The notes below the pieces were generated by a model. That model was not told the origin of the DNA and made no database searches. It saw only the letters and a list, made by a program, of their open reading frames with translations. Both the position numbers and the translations under genes were made by a program. From Patescibacteria group bacterium (GTDB lineage Bacteria > Patescibacteriota > Doudnabacteria > UBA920), in the NCBI GenBank assembly GCA_023484515.1, contig JAMDAY010000030.1, positions 1,320-65,319 of the forward strand: DNA of 64,000 nt, read 5' to 3'. Shown in pieces: positions 1 through 10,142 of this stretch. The first letter of the stretch is position 1; each line of letters starts with the position of its first letter.

Positions 1-1021
1 TAAGATTGAAACCAGCTGACAAGTTTCGTCCATCGGAATTTACACCGCCCAACCTTTTGGTTTTTGTGTCATCATAAATATAGGCATCGATGCTAACCTT
101 TGCCGTTTCTACAAAATTCCATCTTAAAGGTTCGTAGTGCGAATAGTCTGACAGCGCAGGCTTGATGTCCGTAACCAGAAGAGTCTTTTTGAGAGTAGCG
201 GGAAAATCATCCCCGAAAACTTTTCTCCACTCCTCGACGGACTTTTCCAGATCATCGTCTTCTTCAAACTCACATGCCTTTGTTGCCCGACTAAGGGCAG
301 TGCTTAGGTGGCTTTTTAGATCAGTGTCGGTTGTGGTGAGGTGGAAGTGGCTGAAAAATTCTTTTGCTAAAGTTGAAAGTTCTGTTTCCGCAAAATCGCC
401 GCTCGTAAAAAACTCCACCACCTTATTTTCTATCTGGTAAGATTTTAATTTTGCCGTACAATTTTCCGACCACTTTTTTATCATGCGGATGAGCATCCGG
501 GTCCGGCCGGTTTCCGAATCAGAATCCGCAATTCGTTGCATTTCGGCCCGGGGGTCCCACTGCTCCCAAGAGCCGCCATTTTCGGAATTGGGAATCGTGA
601 AAGTGCCGCTGTCATTTTCCCACGCAGGCAGCAGCTCGACATCGTGCTTGGTATCGGCAAATTCCAAAACTACCACTTTGCCGAAGGCCTTGATCGGCGT
701 GTCCGGATATTTCTCTTCCAAAATGCATTTAACATCCTGAAGCAGTTGGGATTGCTTGTTGGACTGGTTGTCGTTGTACTGGTCGAACTTTTCCGGCGGC
801 ATTATAAAAATAACGTCGATGTCTCGTGCGGGGCGGATATGGGTATGTTTGCCATACGACCCGATCAGCAGCTTTGTGCTGCCGTTGTATTCAAGGTCGG
901 GGTAATAAAAATCGTGAAGTTTTTTGCAAACTCCCGTGTACTTTGTTACTGCGTCCTCCCTTTGGGCGAGAGTCAGCTTTATATTTTCGTAAAATTTCTC
1001 AAATTGTTCTTGAATACTCAT
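1..1021 (-). CDS. CD-NTase (cGAS/DncV-like, SMODS) nucleotidyltransferase with probable C-terminal AGS-C domain; 3' end runs off the window
   Basis: Not in the ORF track. Manual translation from ATG 1021: MSIQEQFEKF...LLIGSYGKHTHIRPARDIDVIF...HDVELLPA...IRMIKKW...LKSYQIE...EEWRKVFGDDFP...DGRNLSAGFNL; GS-x10-DxD plus third Asp. Confidence 0.85.
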   Translation of the reverse strand, partial: MSIQEQFEKFYENIKLTLAQREDAVTKYTGVCKKLHDFYYPDLEYNGSTKLLIGSYGKHTHIRPARDIDVIFIMPPEKFDQYNDNQSNKQSQLLQDVKCILEEKYPDTPIKAFGKVVVLEFADTKHDVELLPAWENDSGTFTIPNSENGGSWEQWDPRAEMQRIADSDSETGRTRMLIRMIKKWSENCTAKLKSYQIENKVVEFFTSGDFAETELSTLAKEFFSHFHLTTTDTDLKSHLSTALSRATKACEFEEDDDLEKSVEEWRKVFGDDFPATLKKTLLVTDIKPALSDYSHYEPLRWNFVETAKVSIDAYIYDDTKTKRLGGVNSDGRNLSAGFNL

Positions 1022-1227
1022 AGCTACGAGTTAAAACTGACTTAATTTTAACACAGGGCTTTACAAGAGGCAAAATTTGTGCTAAAATAAGAGTAGATGT
1101 GCATCGGATAGGCAAGGACAATAGCCAAAACAAGGCAAATTGCCTACAAAAGTCTACTCGAAGCTTTATAACCTGTTTCTCCAAAATTAGGGAAATCGGT
1201 TTACGAAACCAAAATAAAATCAAAAAT

Positions 1228-4200
1228 ATGTCCCCACAAAAGCGGCAATTATTGCTGGCTTCGGAGCATTTAATCCCCCTGTCCGAAGCGGCTAAGCTTA
1301 CTCCATATAGCGCGGAGTATTTAGGGTATTTGGTCAGGAAAGGTAAAATCGAAGCTATAAAAATGTCCCGCGACTGGATGACTACCAAGGAAATTGTTCT
1401 TGAATATACCGGAGAACAAGAAGGGCGGCAAAGAAGGCTGTTTGAACGGTTTCAGCAGGTCAGCGCGGTTAGCCAAGCCGGCTTTATTGCGTTTAAAACT
1501 TTATTAGGAACGATATGTTTGGCAATTATTGCCACGGAAAGTGTCTTGATTGGCGGCGCGGTACATTTGCAACCGAGAAATCTTTTGTCTGAAACAGCGC
1601 ACCAAATTTATTTTAAAACATCATCTATTACAAATAAGTCGCTAGCCGTGGCTGGCAGTTATGCCGGTTATTTTAACGCCGAGCTGGACCGGACGATTTT
1701 AGCTCTTGGATTAAATATAAACAGTGACTTGGAAAGCGCGGATTATTTGGCGTGCAGCTTGGGATATCAAACTAAGCAGTTAGCCAAAAATTTAATTACC
1801 GACGTCAAAGCGCCGTACATTGCTGCTGGCGATGTTATTCGTTCGGCCCTTGGCGAACAAGCAACGCAAGCTGCCTGGGCTTTTGGCAATGCCAAAAGCG
1901 GATGGAACCAAATGGCTTTATTTTATAATAATCAGTTAAGTGTAGTGGCGCACAATGCAGCACACATGGCAAAACCAGCTGTCTCAAACAGCTGGAATAA
2001 TGTGGTAGAAAATGTGGGGCTGTTGGATAAACTTGCCGGAAATAATTTTAGTACAGACTCTTATGTTTCCAAGGATAGTCATTTGATTTCAGGATCACAG
2101 GTCGTAGCCCAAAATGACACAAAGGGTAAAGTCCTCGGTAAAACTATTTCTGTTAAACCAGCTGTTCCGACTGCCAGCAAAATCGCCACTGTCAAACCGA
2201 AAGCAACAGCCATTAACCAAAGACCAAAAACTCAACCCGTTAAATCCGCAGTAATAACTTATTCAGCCGCTGACCCTAGTTACATAAACCAGCTTATTGA
2301 CTCCCGCTTAAACCAGTATCTGGCGGCAGGTAAGTTCAAAGGCGCAAAGGGCGACAAAGGCGATGCGGGAGGAATGGTTACCGGCAGCAACGGCCAGCAG
2401 ACCGTGGCGGTTGGCGGCTATCCTTTAGTCACTTATTATCCTTCCAACCCCGCCCAAAACTTTAGCGGTGCGTCGCTTGCCGGATTTACGGACTTGTCTT
2501 CCAATAATTTTTCCACTGGCAAGGCAACCGTTAGTAATACTCTAACCGTAAGTGGTGCGGCCTCTTTTCTTAATACCGCTTCCTTTGCCACTACTACCAT
2601 TTCTTCCTTGGCAGTTTCCGGTACAGCCACATTGCCAAATATTGCCACTACCACTATCTCCAGCCTTACGGTCTCCGGGCCCGTAACTCTTTCCGGTTCT
2701 GCTACTATTGTAGGTTTGACCGTAACCGGCTTAAATCCGGGGCTTGCTTTGGGCAGCGTGGCGTTCCAGGGAGATGCCGGTCTTGCGGAAGACAACAGTA
2801 ATTTTTATTGGGATAAAACCAATCACAGGCTGGGTGTAGGTACTAGTTCTCCGGTTACTGCTTTGCAGGTTGCAGGTATCGCGACGTTGTCAGGCCTGCA
2901 AGTTTTTGGCAACTCAACTACGACCGGCAACCAAGTTATTGGCGGTAATAATTCAGTTTCAGGCAACCAAAATATTTCCGGGCTTTCCAGTTTAGCCACC
3001 ACAACCGTTACTCGCCTTACTGCCACAGGTTCCACGACCATCCAAACTTTAACCGCTGGCGTGGTCCGTTCCACTTCGGGCGGAGATTTATTTGTCGGTC
3101 AAATTAATAACGCCGATTTAGTCAATTCGTCCCTGACAGTCACGGCTGGGACGGGATTAACCAGTGGTGGCAGCGTGTCTTTAGGCGGCTCCACTTCTTT
3201 GGGCGTGGCTTATGGAGCGGCACTGGGCACAGCGGTACAAGGTAACACTCAATTAACCGTAACAGCCGGTACTAATTTGACCGGCGGTGGCACTATTACT
3301 TTGGGTTTGGGCGGCACTTTGGCTTTAGCCGTTTCATCAACCCCAACCTTTACCACTATAAATGGGCTGACATTAACAGCAGGCACCGGAACACTGGCTT
3401 TAAATAATAATACTTTGACTGTTACCGGTAATTCCACGATCAATCAAAATTTAACCACAACTTCCACGCCAGCCTTTACCGGCCTAGCTGTTAATGGGAT
3501 ATTAACTGTAACGGGCGCGTCCAATTTAGCAACCGCGACCATTACTTCCCTGGCCGTTTCCGGCCCTGCCGTGTTAAGCGGTTCAACCACCATTGCCAGC
3601 TTAACTGTTTCCGGAATATCAACTTTGCAAAATTTAAATTTTGCAATCGCCACGGGCACCAGTTTGACTGTACTTTCTACCAGCACGTTAAATTCAGTTT
3701 TTGCGGTTAGCCTCACCGTTACAGGTACCAGTACTTTGGCAACTACCTCTGTTACAAATCTATCCGTAACAGGTCCGGCAGTCTTTAATTCCTTAACCGC
3801 CAGTGGTACCGTGTTCAGCAGCGCGAATTTAATCGGCACCACCACCTCTTACGGGCTTTTAACCATTCAGGGCAGCGGCACTTCTTCTCCGTTCACCGTG
3901 CTTTCCGCGCCTGACGCTTCTTCATCAGTCAGCACAATTTTGGCCGTCTCCAGCGTCGGCAATATTAGTATGGGTTTGGCGGCCACAACCAGCACCAGTT
4001 CATTGGTTTCCCGTTTGAATATAACCGGCGTGGGTACAACTACGGCTTCTTCTTCCTTGAATATCCAGAATTCTGCCGGACTGGCGCTTTTATTTGCCCG
4101 TAATGACGGACAAATAGGCATTGGCACCACCTCGCCTAATGCCACGCTCGCCATTCAGGGTACCGCCGGTTCCACGGCCCAGCTTTTTGATGTGGCCTCT

Positions 4201-5379
4201 TCCACCGGCATTTCCTATTTCCATATTACTTCCTCCGGCCAAGTCGGCATTGGCACCTCCACGCCCGCCGCGCTTCTGTATCTTTATTCCACCTCCACCA
4301 GCACGCCGTTATTTGCCATTGCCACTGCCACTAACGCCAGTATTTTTAATATCTTAGCCAACGGCTATACGGGAGTCGGGAAAATTCCGTTGCGTCCTTT
4401 GGATGTTAATGGTATTGCCCGGGCCGATAGTTTTGAACAAAACTGCCCAGCCGGATATATTTGGGTTCCAGGCTCGGCCAAATACGGCACGCTTCCCGGT
4501 TTTTGCGCTATGAAATATGTCGCTTCTTCCGATGGTACTACTAACTGCAATGGCGCCGCTTGTCCGGTGTCAACAGCCGCTAATTTGCCGTGGGTTTCCA
4601 TTAATTGGAACCAGTCCCAAACCGCCTGCCAGTCTTTGGGTCTGAATTATCACCTTATTTCCGACCAGGAATGGATGACTATAGCCGACAACGCGGGCCA
4701 TACGCCGATTAACGATTTAGACAGCGCCGCGGGTTTGCAAATGGCCAATGGCCACAGCGACAACGCTCCGGCCAATGCTTTGGCTTCTTCGGCAGGCAGC
4801 GATCCGGTAGTTTCCGGCTGCAATTTGAACAAACCTATGTATGACGCCAGTAATGCTTATGTTGCAGGTTCTTGCGAGATCCGCGGGGCAGGCAGCGGCG
4901 GTTATACGGATGCGGATAAAGGTTATTATGGCACCGGCCAGCAATACGCCACCACCGGATATTCTTCCGGCGGCTCTAACAGTTCCCAAATGCGCACCAA
5001 AGTTTTGAGTAACGGCACCGTGATTTGGGATATAGGCGGTAATGTTTGGCAGTGGACCGACGCTTATATTTACAGCGCCACTTCCACCGAGCCTACGGAA
5101 ATGCCAACTCCGGCTGACCAAAACTGGCACAATTATTCGTCTATTACTAATTATAAAGGCCTGAATTATATTCGTCCCTGGTTGCAAACTTTAACCAGTT
5201 CTAACGGTATAGGTCAAATCTATACCAGTAATACCAATGCTGATGACGGTAGCGGTTACCACGCCTTCGAACGCGGCGCCGGTTGGGGCATTGGGTCGGC
5301 TGCCGGGGCCTTTGCCCTGATTCTGAACTATGGTCCGTCCTTTACGTTCGGCGACATTGGTTTTCGGTGCTCCCGTTGA
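1228..5379 (+). CDS. DGR target protein: N-terminal HTH, TM segment, short collagen-like motif, Thr/Ser-rich beta-repeat stalk, C-terminal CLec/FGE-like variable domain
   Basis: LIPLSEAAKLTPYSAEYLGYLVRKGKI (HTH); GAKGDKGDAG; VGIGTTSP-type repeats; WDIGGNVWQW...RGAGW...IGFRC; VR at 3' end. ATG 1228 preferred over GTG 1099. Confidence 0.9.
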   Translation: MSPQKRQLLLASEHLIPLSEAAKLTPYSAEYLGYLVRKGKIEAIKMSRDWMTTKEIVLEYTGEQEGRQRRLFERFQQVSAVSQAGFIAFKTLLGTICLAIIATESVLIGGAVHLQPRNLLSETAHQIYFKTSSITNKSLAVAGSYAGYFNAELDRTILALGLNINSDLESADYLACSLGYQTKQLAKNLITDVKAPYIAAGDVIRSALGEQATQAAWAFGNAKSGWNQMALFYNNQLSVVAHNAAHMAKPAVSNSWNNVVENVGLLDKLAGNNFSTDSYVSKDSHLISGSQVVAQNDTKGKVLGKTISVKPAVPTASKIATVKPKATAINQRPKTQPVKSAVITYSAADPSYINQLIDSRLNQYLAAGKFKGAKGDKGDAGGMVTGSNGQQTVAVGGYPLVTYYPSNPAQNFSGASLAGFTDLSSNNFSTGKATVSNTLTVSGAASFLNTASFATTTISSLAVSGTATLPNIATTTISSLTVSGPVTLSGSATIVGLTVTGLNPGLALGSVAFQGDAGLAEDNSNFYWDKTNHRLGVGTSSPVTALQVAGIATLSGLQVFGNSTTTGNQVIGGNNSVSGNQNISGLSSLATTTVTRLTATGSTTIQTLTAGVVRSTSGGDLFVGQINNADLVNSSLTVTAGTGLTSGGSVSLGGSTSLGVAYGAALGTAVQGNTQLTVTAGTNLTGGGTITLGLGGTLALAVSSTPTFTTINGLTLTAGTGTLALNNNTLTVTGNSTINQNLTTTSTPAFTGLAVNGILTVTGASNLATATITSLAVSGPAVLSGSTTIASLTVSGISTLQNLNFAIATGTSLTVLSTSTLNSVFAVSLTVTGTSTLATTSVTNLSVTGPAVFNSLTASGTVFSSANLIGTTTSYGLLTIQGSGTSSPFTVLSAPDASSSVSTILAVSSVGNISMGLAATTSTSSLVSRLNITGVGTTTASSSLNIQNSAGLALLFARNDGQIGIGTTSPNATLAIQGTAGSTAQLFDVASSTGISYFHITSSGQVGIGTSTPAALLYLYSTSTSTPLFAIATATNASIFNILANGYTGVGKIPLRPLDVNGIARADSFEQNCPAGYIWVPGSAKYGTLPGFCAMKYVASSDGTTNCNGAACPVSTAANLPWVSINWNQSQTACQSLGLNYHLISDQEWMTIADNAGHTPINDLDSAAGLQMANGHSDNAPANALASSAGSDPVVSGCNLNKPMYDASNAYVAGSCEIRGAGSGGYTDADKGYYGTGQQYATTGYSSGGSNSSQMRTKVLSNGTVIWDIGGNVWQWTDAYIYSATSTEPTEMPTPADQNWHNYSSITNYKGLNYIRPWLQTLTSSNGIGQIYTSNTNADDGSGYHAFERGAGWGIGSAAGAFALILNYGPSFTFGDIGFRCSR

Positions 5380-5407
5380 GGCTGGTTGAGGCGGGTTCGC
5401 GAGGGGT
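5260..5407 (+). repeat. DGR variable region (VR) plus invariant 3' IMH segment
   Basis: 148-bp match to 6575-6722; differs only at TR adenines. Confidence 0.97.
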
Positions 5408-5498
5408 TTCCTGGAAATTTAGCAATAACTTAGTTTAAAGCCCAAAATTTTGGAACCGTAAGAACGGTGAATCTAAAATCAAAAATCTAATAATCTAA

Positions 5499-5525
5499 AA
5501 AACCCGCCCCTTCGGGGCGGGTTTT
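5499..5525. terminator. GC-rich hairpin downstream of VR (bidirectional terminator and/or DGR homing hairpin)
   Basis: aaaacccgcccc-ttc-ggggcgggtttt; loop reads GAA on the minus strand. Confidence 0.7.
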
Positions 5526-5596
5526 CAAAATTTTTTTATGGTTCTACGTCAAAATATAATACCTATTCCAGTTTTGCCATTTTTCATAGCAGAAAA

Positions 5597-5896
5597 TTAA
5601 GGAGTTTGCGGAAATGGTTCCAAAGAAAGGATGTCTTTGGCTTCTTTAGTGGAAATGATTTTGTTTTTTTCCAAAACTGATACCAAGGCCAAAAGCTTGC
5701 GGTCTTCTTTTTTTATCAAAACGGTGAGGTCGCCTTTCAAATCCAAAAGCTTTTCGTCCAGATAATCTTTGGTGACCATATTCTGCTCAATTTTTGTGAC
5801 CCGGCTCTCAAGTCCGTCAAACCTTTTTTCCACTTTATTGGAAAACACTTGGACTGCTTCCAGCACGTCGCTGATGGTTGGTTCGTTTTTTGGCAT
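5597..5896 (-). CDS. small coiled-coil hypothetical protein
   Basis: MPKNEPTISDVLEAVQ...FDGLESRVTKIEQNMVTKDYLDEKL. Confidence 0.7.
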   Translation of the reverse strand: MPKNEPTISDVLEAVQVFSNKVEKRFDGLESRVTKIEQNMVTKDYLDEKLLDLKGDLTVLIKKEDRKLLALVSVLEKNKIISTKEAKDILSLEPFPQTP

Positions 5897-6121
5897 ATGT
5901 TTATATGTTAGTATCCGTAATTGCAGTATAGGCCGCCTGGTTTTGGTTGTCAATCATAATCCGCAATTATCAAGACGGCAAACGCGCTAAAATCTTTCAA
6001 GTTTTCCACTTTTTATTATTTGGATAATGTTGTAAAATAAAAATAAGCGCTAAAGCGATTAAAAACCCGAGAAACAAAAAGCAAGAAAATTTGCGCTACA
6101 TAATTGAAGGAGGATTTTTTT

Positions 6122-6493
6122 ATGTTGTCTGATTTGTTAGTCTTTCAAAAAGTTTACGAGTTCGTGCTGTGGGTTAAGCCAACTGTCCAGCGGTTTGAAA
6201 GGGTACATAAATATAGTTTAGGTCAGCAATTGGAGAATGAAACTTTGCAGCTGCTCAAAGACGTGGCTAGGGCCAACTTAAAGCGCGATAAAGCCGCAAG
6301 TATAGAAGACTGCCTGGTGTGTTATGAATTGGTTAAAGTGCTGGTTCGATTAAGCAAAGATTTTAAATTATTGAGCATAAAACAATACGAATTTGCCGCA
6401 GTCAGGCTTGACGAAATAGGCAGGCTTTTAAACGGGTGGAAAAATAAATTCGGCAATATAAACAAGCCGCTTTCGCTCCAAAAGAATACTTAA
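6122..6493 (+). CDS. avd: DGR accessory variability determinant (Avd, four-helix bundle)
   Basis: LLVFQKVYE...F.R.HKYSLG...LVRLSKD..LLSIKQYE...EIGRLLNGW; directly upstream of TR and RT; SD aggagg. Confidence 0.9.
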   Translation: MLSDLLVFQKVYEFVLWVKPTVQRFERVHKYSLGQQLENETLQLLKDVARANLKRDKAASIEDCLVCYELVKVLVRLSKDFKLLSIKQYEFAAVRLDEIGRLLNGWKNKFGNINKPLSLQKNT

Positions 6494-6574
6494 ACAAATT
6501 ATAAGCCGAAAGTCCGTAATTACGTTTATGGATTTTTCGTTTATGGTTTTACGGATTTTAGGGACAAAGCGAAT

Positions 6575-6722
6575 AACGCCTTCAAACGCGGCGCCAATTG
6601 GAACAATGGGTCGAATGCCGGGGCCTTTGCCCTGAATCTGAACAATGGTCCGTCCAATACGAACAGCAACATTGGTTTTCGGTGCTCCCGTTGAGGCTGG
6701 TTGAGGCGGGTTCGCGAGGGGT
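6575..6722 (+). ncRNA. DGR template region (TR)
   Basis: AAY-codon-rich copy of VR between avd and RT. Confidence 0.95.
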
Positions 6723-6979
6723 GGGTAACACCCTGGCCAAGAAATTGGCCTTGCTGGAATTTTTATCTCCTACGGGAATAAAAAGAGAGCACTATAAACC
6801 CCAGCTTTGCTCCTTCTTGAGTAAGCCTTTTTGGGCTGAAAGGGAAAATATGGGCCGTTACCCCAAAAGCGTAAGGATTATCTTTCGGGTTTGGGTAAAG
6901 TAAAATAGGTCCTTTCGTGGGATGGGTATTTTCTACGTCGTCTTTATGGGCCGGGAAGATACCCATCTTGCTATATTAT

Positions 6980-7996
6980 ATGTTCAACAAAGTTTGCAGT
7001 TTCGAAAATCTCTATCAGGCATACATAAGAGCCCGCAGATGCAAACGGCAGCGCGATTACGTTTTGGAATTTGACGCCCACGCCGAAGAGAACCTGCTGG
7101 CCTTAAAAAATGAATTAAAGGAAGGCAATTATTGCCACGGCGGATATAAGGAAATGGTTGTCTGTGATTCCAAAAAACGGCTTATTAAAGTCGCGCCTTT
7201 TAGGGACCGGATTGTCCACCACGCCTTGTGCGCGGCTATTGAGCCAATTTTTGACAAAGGCTTTATTTTTGATACGTATGCCTGCAGGAACGGCAAGGGT
7301 ACGCACAGCGCCGTAAAAAAGCTGCAGCAATTTTTGAGGCAGCCGGAAGCGCGGTATTGTTTGAAATGCGACATATCCAAATATTTTGCCAGCATTGACC
7401 ATGAAATATTATATCTTCTCATTTGTGAAAAAATAACTGACGAAAACACTTTAAAACTTATCAGGAAAATTATAGATTCCAGCTATGACCGCCTTGTTTA
7501 CGAGGATTTATTTACCGTCCGCAAGACCGGTATTCCGATTGGCAACCTGACTTCCCAATTGTTCGCCAATATTTATTTAAGCGAGTTAGATAATTTCGTC
7601 AAGCATAAACTTAGGGAAAAATTCTATTTGCGGTATATGGATGATTTTTTGGTGCTGGGAAATGAAAAATTACGGTTGGGGCGGATAAAATCCATAATTA
7701 GGCAATTCTTGAGCAGCCGGATGCGCCTTGTTTTGCATCCGAAAAAAGCTGAAATTTTTCCGGTGCGTGGCGGGGTGGATTTTTTGGGTTATAAAGTTTT
7801 TATTAATTACAGACTGCTGCGCAAGAGCACCGTGCGGAGGTTTTTGGCAAAATACCGGCGCGGCAGAAAGCTGGTGAGTTCGGGTAAGATGGAAGAAAAA
7901 ACTTTACGCGATTCGGTACGGTCCTGGCTGGCTTACGCCAAATTCGGCAACTCTTGGAAACTGCGCCAAGAGTTGCAGATTAAGTGGCTGAAATGA
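6980..7996 (+). CDS. DGR reverse transcriptase
   Basis: FRDRIVHH, GKGTH, CDISKYF, GIPIGNLTSQLFANIYL, RYMDD, GVDFLGY. Confidence 0.96.
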   Translation: MFNKVCSFENLYQAYIRARRCKRQRDYVLEFDAHAEENLLALKNELKEGNYCHGGYKEMVVCDSKKRLIKVAPFRDRIVHHALCAAIEPIFDKGFIFDTYACRNGKGTHSAVKKLQQFLRQPEARYCLKCDISKYFASIDHEILYLLICEKITDENTLKLIRKIIDSSYDRLVYEDLFTVRKTGIPIGNLTSQLFANIYLSELDNFVKHKLREKFYLRYMDDFLVLGNEKLRLGRIKSIIRQFLSSRMRLVLHPKKAEIFPVRGGVDFLGYKVFINYRLLRKSTVRRFLAKYRRGRKLVSSGKMEEKTLRDSVRSWLAYAKFGNSWKLRQELQIKWLK

Positions 7997-8022
7997 ACTA
8001 AAATATAAGCTTGTAAATTTTG

Positions 8023-8049
8023 AAAAACGCTCCTGAAGGAGCGCTTTTT
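8023..8049 (+). terminator. intrinsic terminator after RT
   Basis: cgctcc-tgaa-ggagcg followed by T-run. Confidence 0.6.
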
Positions 8050-8235
8050 CGTTATCTCTGGCAAAAATTCCTTTTGCTTACCTTAGGGCTTCCCATTGTA
8101 ACTCTGGGTTTTTGGCCGTCAAGGGTAAAACCTTTTTATCTGCCGTCAGCCATAAATCGGTTTTAATCCCTGTGACTGCCAAAACATTCCAGAGTTCTTT
8201 TGCTTGCCATAACAAGTTAAGCAAAAAGGAGTTTT

Positions 8236-8718
8236 ATGGAATACCAAATCAACATAAATTACCAGTTCACGGCCGAGAGCGAGGCTGAGGCCAACGACAA
8301 GGCCAAACAATACCTCAGCGATAACCTCACGGTTAAACCTTTGCCGGAGTCCATACTCAGCCCGCTGGAGGTAGCCGCAAAGTGCCAGGATTTCCGAAAG
8401 AAAAAGAAAGAACACTTCTGCGTCTTTTTCCTGGATACCCAAAACCACATTCTTGGCCGAGAAACGGTCAGCATTGGCACGCTGAATGCCAGCCTGGTCC
8501 ATCCCCGAGAATGTTTCCGGACGGCGATCGTAAAAACCGCGGCTTCGGTCATTTTCGTCCACAACCATCCCAGCGACAGCCTGGAGCCGTCTCCCGAAGA
8601 CCTCCAAGTTACCAGACGACTAAAAGACGCCGGAAAACTTCTGGGTATTGAGGTGTTAGACAACGTGATTGTCACGGCCGAAGCTTTTGTCAGCATGAAA
8701 GAGCGAAACCTCCTTTAG
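8236..8718 (+). CDS. radC: RadC-like JAB/MPN domain protein
   Basis: EHFCVFFLD...GTLNASLVHPRE...HNHPS...PSPED; SD aaggag. Confidence 0.9.
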   Translation: MEYQININYQFTAESEAEANDKAKQYLSDNLTVKPLPESILSPLEVAAKCQDFRKKKKEHFCVFFLDTQNHILGRETVSIGTLNASLVHPRECFRTAIVKTAASVIFVHNHPSDSLEPSPEDLQVTRRLKDAGKLLGIEVLDNVIVTAEAFVSMKERNLL

Positions 8719-8807
8719 AAAGCTACTAAAGGAGGAAAATATATGGTAATGCGCTTTACCCCAGCCCACCCGTGCGTGCGCATTTATCTATAAACTCCCA
8801 ATAAGTA

Positions 8808-9353
8808 TTACTGCAAGAGTATTTCCGCAGTATTGACTTGGCTGTTGCAGTTGACGAGTAGGTGGATCGGTAGGTTTTTTTGGTTCAGCGCAACCAAGAC
8901 GTAATTGTAAGCGGCCACCGAATACGAATGTCCGGCAACAGTAATTGTTTGTGCTGCGTTGGAACGGTTATCCAGCATGATTGTGACAAGGTTAGCAATA
9001 GCCATTTGGCTCGGAATAGCCTGACAGCTTGAGTTGAATTGTATGCGGGAACTTGCGTACTTAACTACCGTGTCGCCATAACTGAGGGGCTTGGGCGGGG
9101 CAGGTTTTGGTTTGCGGAATGGAATAAACTTGCTAGCCGGAGTAGATGTATTAATCGTATCCGCAGTAGAGGTTGCGGCTTGGGTGGGCGCAGGGATCTG
9201 GTCTTGTACGGGAACGATTGCTGTGATTTTCACTATTGGGGTTTTTTGGGTAGCCAGACGCTTAGGCCTTTGCCTTTCGTAGGTTATTGAACTAATAATA
9301 ATCATAATGACAGCCACAGTCGCCCAAATTATTGCCTTCGTGTTTTTTGTCAT
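8808..9353 (-). CDS. membrane-anchored hypothetical protein
   Basis: N-terminal TM, P/T linker, small Cys-pair beta domain. Confidence 0.7.
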   Translation of the reverse strand: MTKNTKAIIWATVAVIMIIISSITYERQRPKRLATQKTPIVKITAIVPVQDQIPAPTQAATSTADTINTSTPASKFIPFRKPKPAPPKPLSYGDTVVKYASSRIQFNSSCQAIPSQMAIANLVTIMLDNRSNAAQTITVAGHSYSVAAYNYVLVALNQKNLPIHLLVNCNSQVNTAEILLQ

Positions 9354-9369
9354 AAGTTCAATAAAATAT

Positions 9370-10128
9370 TTACTTTTGCCAATCGCTTAAGCTGGTTTGG
9401 GTAAAAGCATAAGCCGGGTCTATGGGCTGGCTGCTTCGCCACAAGGCAAAGTGCAAGTGTTTGCCCGTAGCCCAGCCGGTGCTGCCTTGCAGGCCAATGA
9501 CTTGTCCTGCTGTGACTTTGTCGCCAACTGCCAGCGGCGGCTCGGTTGCCAAGTGGCAATATTGGCTTGAGAGTGAGTCCGCATGGACAATGATAACTTC
9601 ATAGCCGCAGCCATATTGCACGTCAGCGGCTTCTTTTACTTGGTACCAACAAATGCCGTAGTCGTTATCGTCACAAAATTTCCAGCGTCTTGTTGTGTTT
9701 TCTAAAATATTGCTGTTTACCGCTGCTACTGTTCCGTCGGCAAAAGCCCGGACTTCAGTTTGCCTGGGCTCGTAGTCAGCCATGTCCCAAGCAACATGCA
9801 ACCGCCCGACTTTTGCCGAGGAATCTAGAATTACGCCTTGCGTTAATGACCCCAAGGTCGGGAAAGCATACGGGTGCTTAAAGTCATACCAGGTCTCGCC
9901 GTAAATGGTTTTGTAACTAAAGCTTTGAAATTCGGCAAACTGCGCTAAATTGGGGTTTACCGTGCCGTCTGCAACTTTGCCGTTGCCCTGCAAGACCGCA
10001 ATAATAGTTGCCAAAACCAGATACAAGATAAAGGCGGCGCTCAAAGTTAATAGTGCCAGCCACAGCAAAAATCGCTTAATTCTATTCCTGTTGGCATAAA
10101 GGGTGTAGGCGGCCTGAGCTGGGTTCAT
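9370..10128 (-). CDS. M23 family peptidoglycan peptidase of the conjugation module
   Basis: HVAWD, YCHL, GSTGWATGKHLHF; N-terminal TM. Confidence 0.9.
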   Translation of the reverse strand: MNPAQAAYTLYANRNRIKRFLLWLALLTLSAAFILYLVLATIIAVLQGNGKVADGTVNPNLAQFAEFQSFSYKTIYGETWYDFKHPYAFPTLGSLTQGVILDSSAKVGRLHVAWDMADYEPRQTEVRAFADGTVAAVNSNILENTTRRWKFCDDNDYGICWYQVKEAADVQYGCGYEVIIVHADSLSSQYCHLATEPPLAVGDKVTAGQVIGLQGSTGWATGKHLHFALWRSSQPIDPAYAFTQTSLSDWQK

Positions 10129-10142
10129 AAGGCAATAGATAA

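Noticed and set aside
162-1045. Plus-strand ORFs at the window start
   Set aside because: Shadows of the minus-strand CD-NTase
6598-6903. 101-aa ORF over TR
   Set aside because: Overlaps the non-coding template RNA; no recognisable protein
6980-7996. RT as group II intron or retron
   Set aside because: Avd, TR/VR pair and GNLTSQ signature identify a DGR RT
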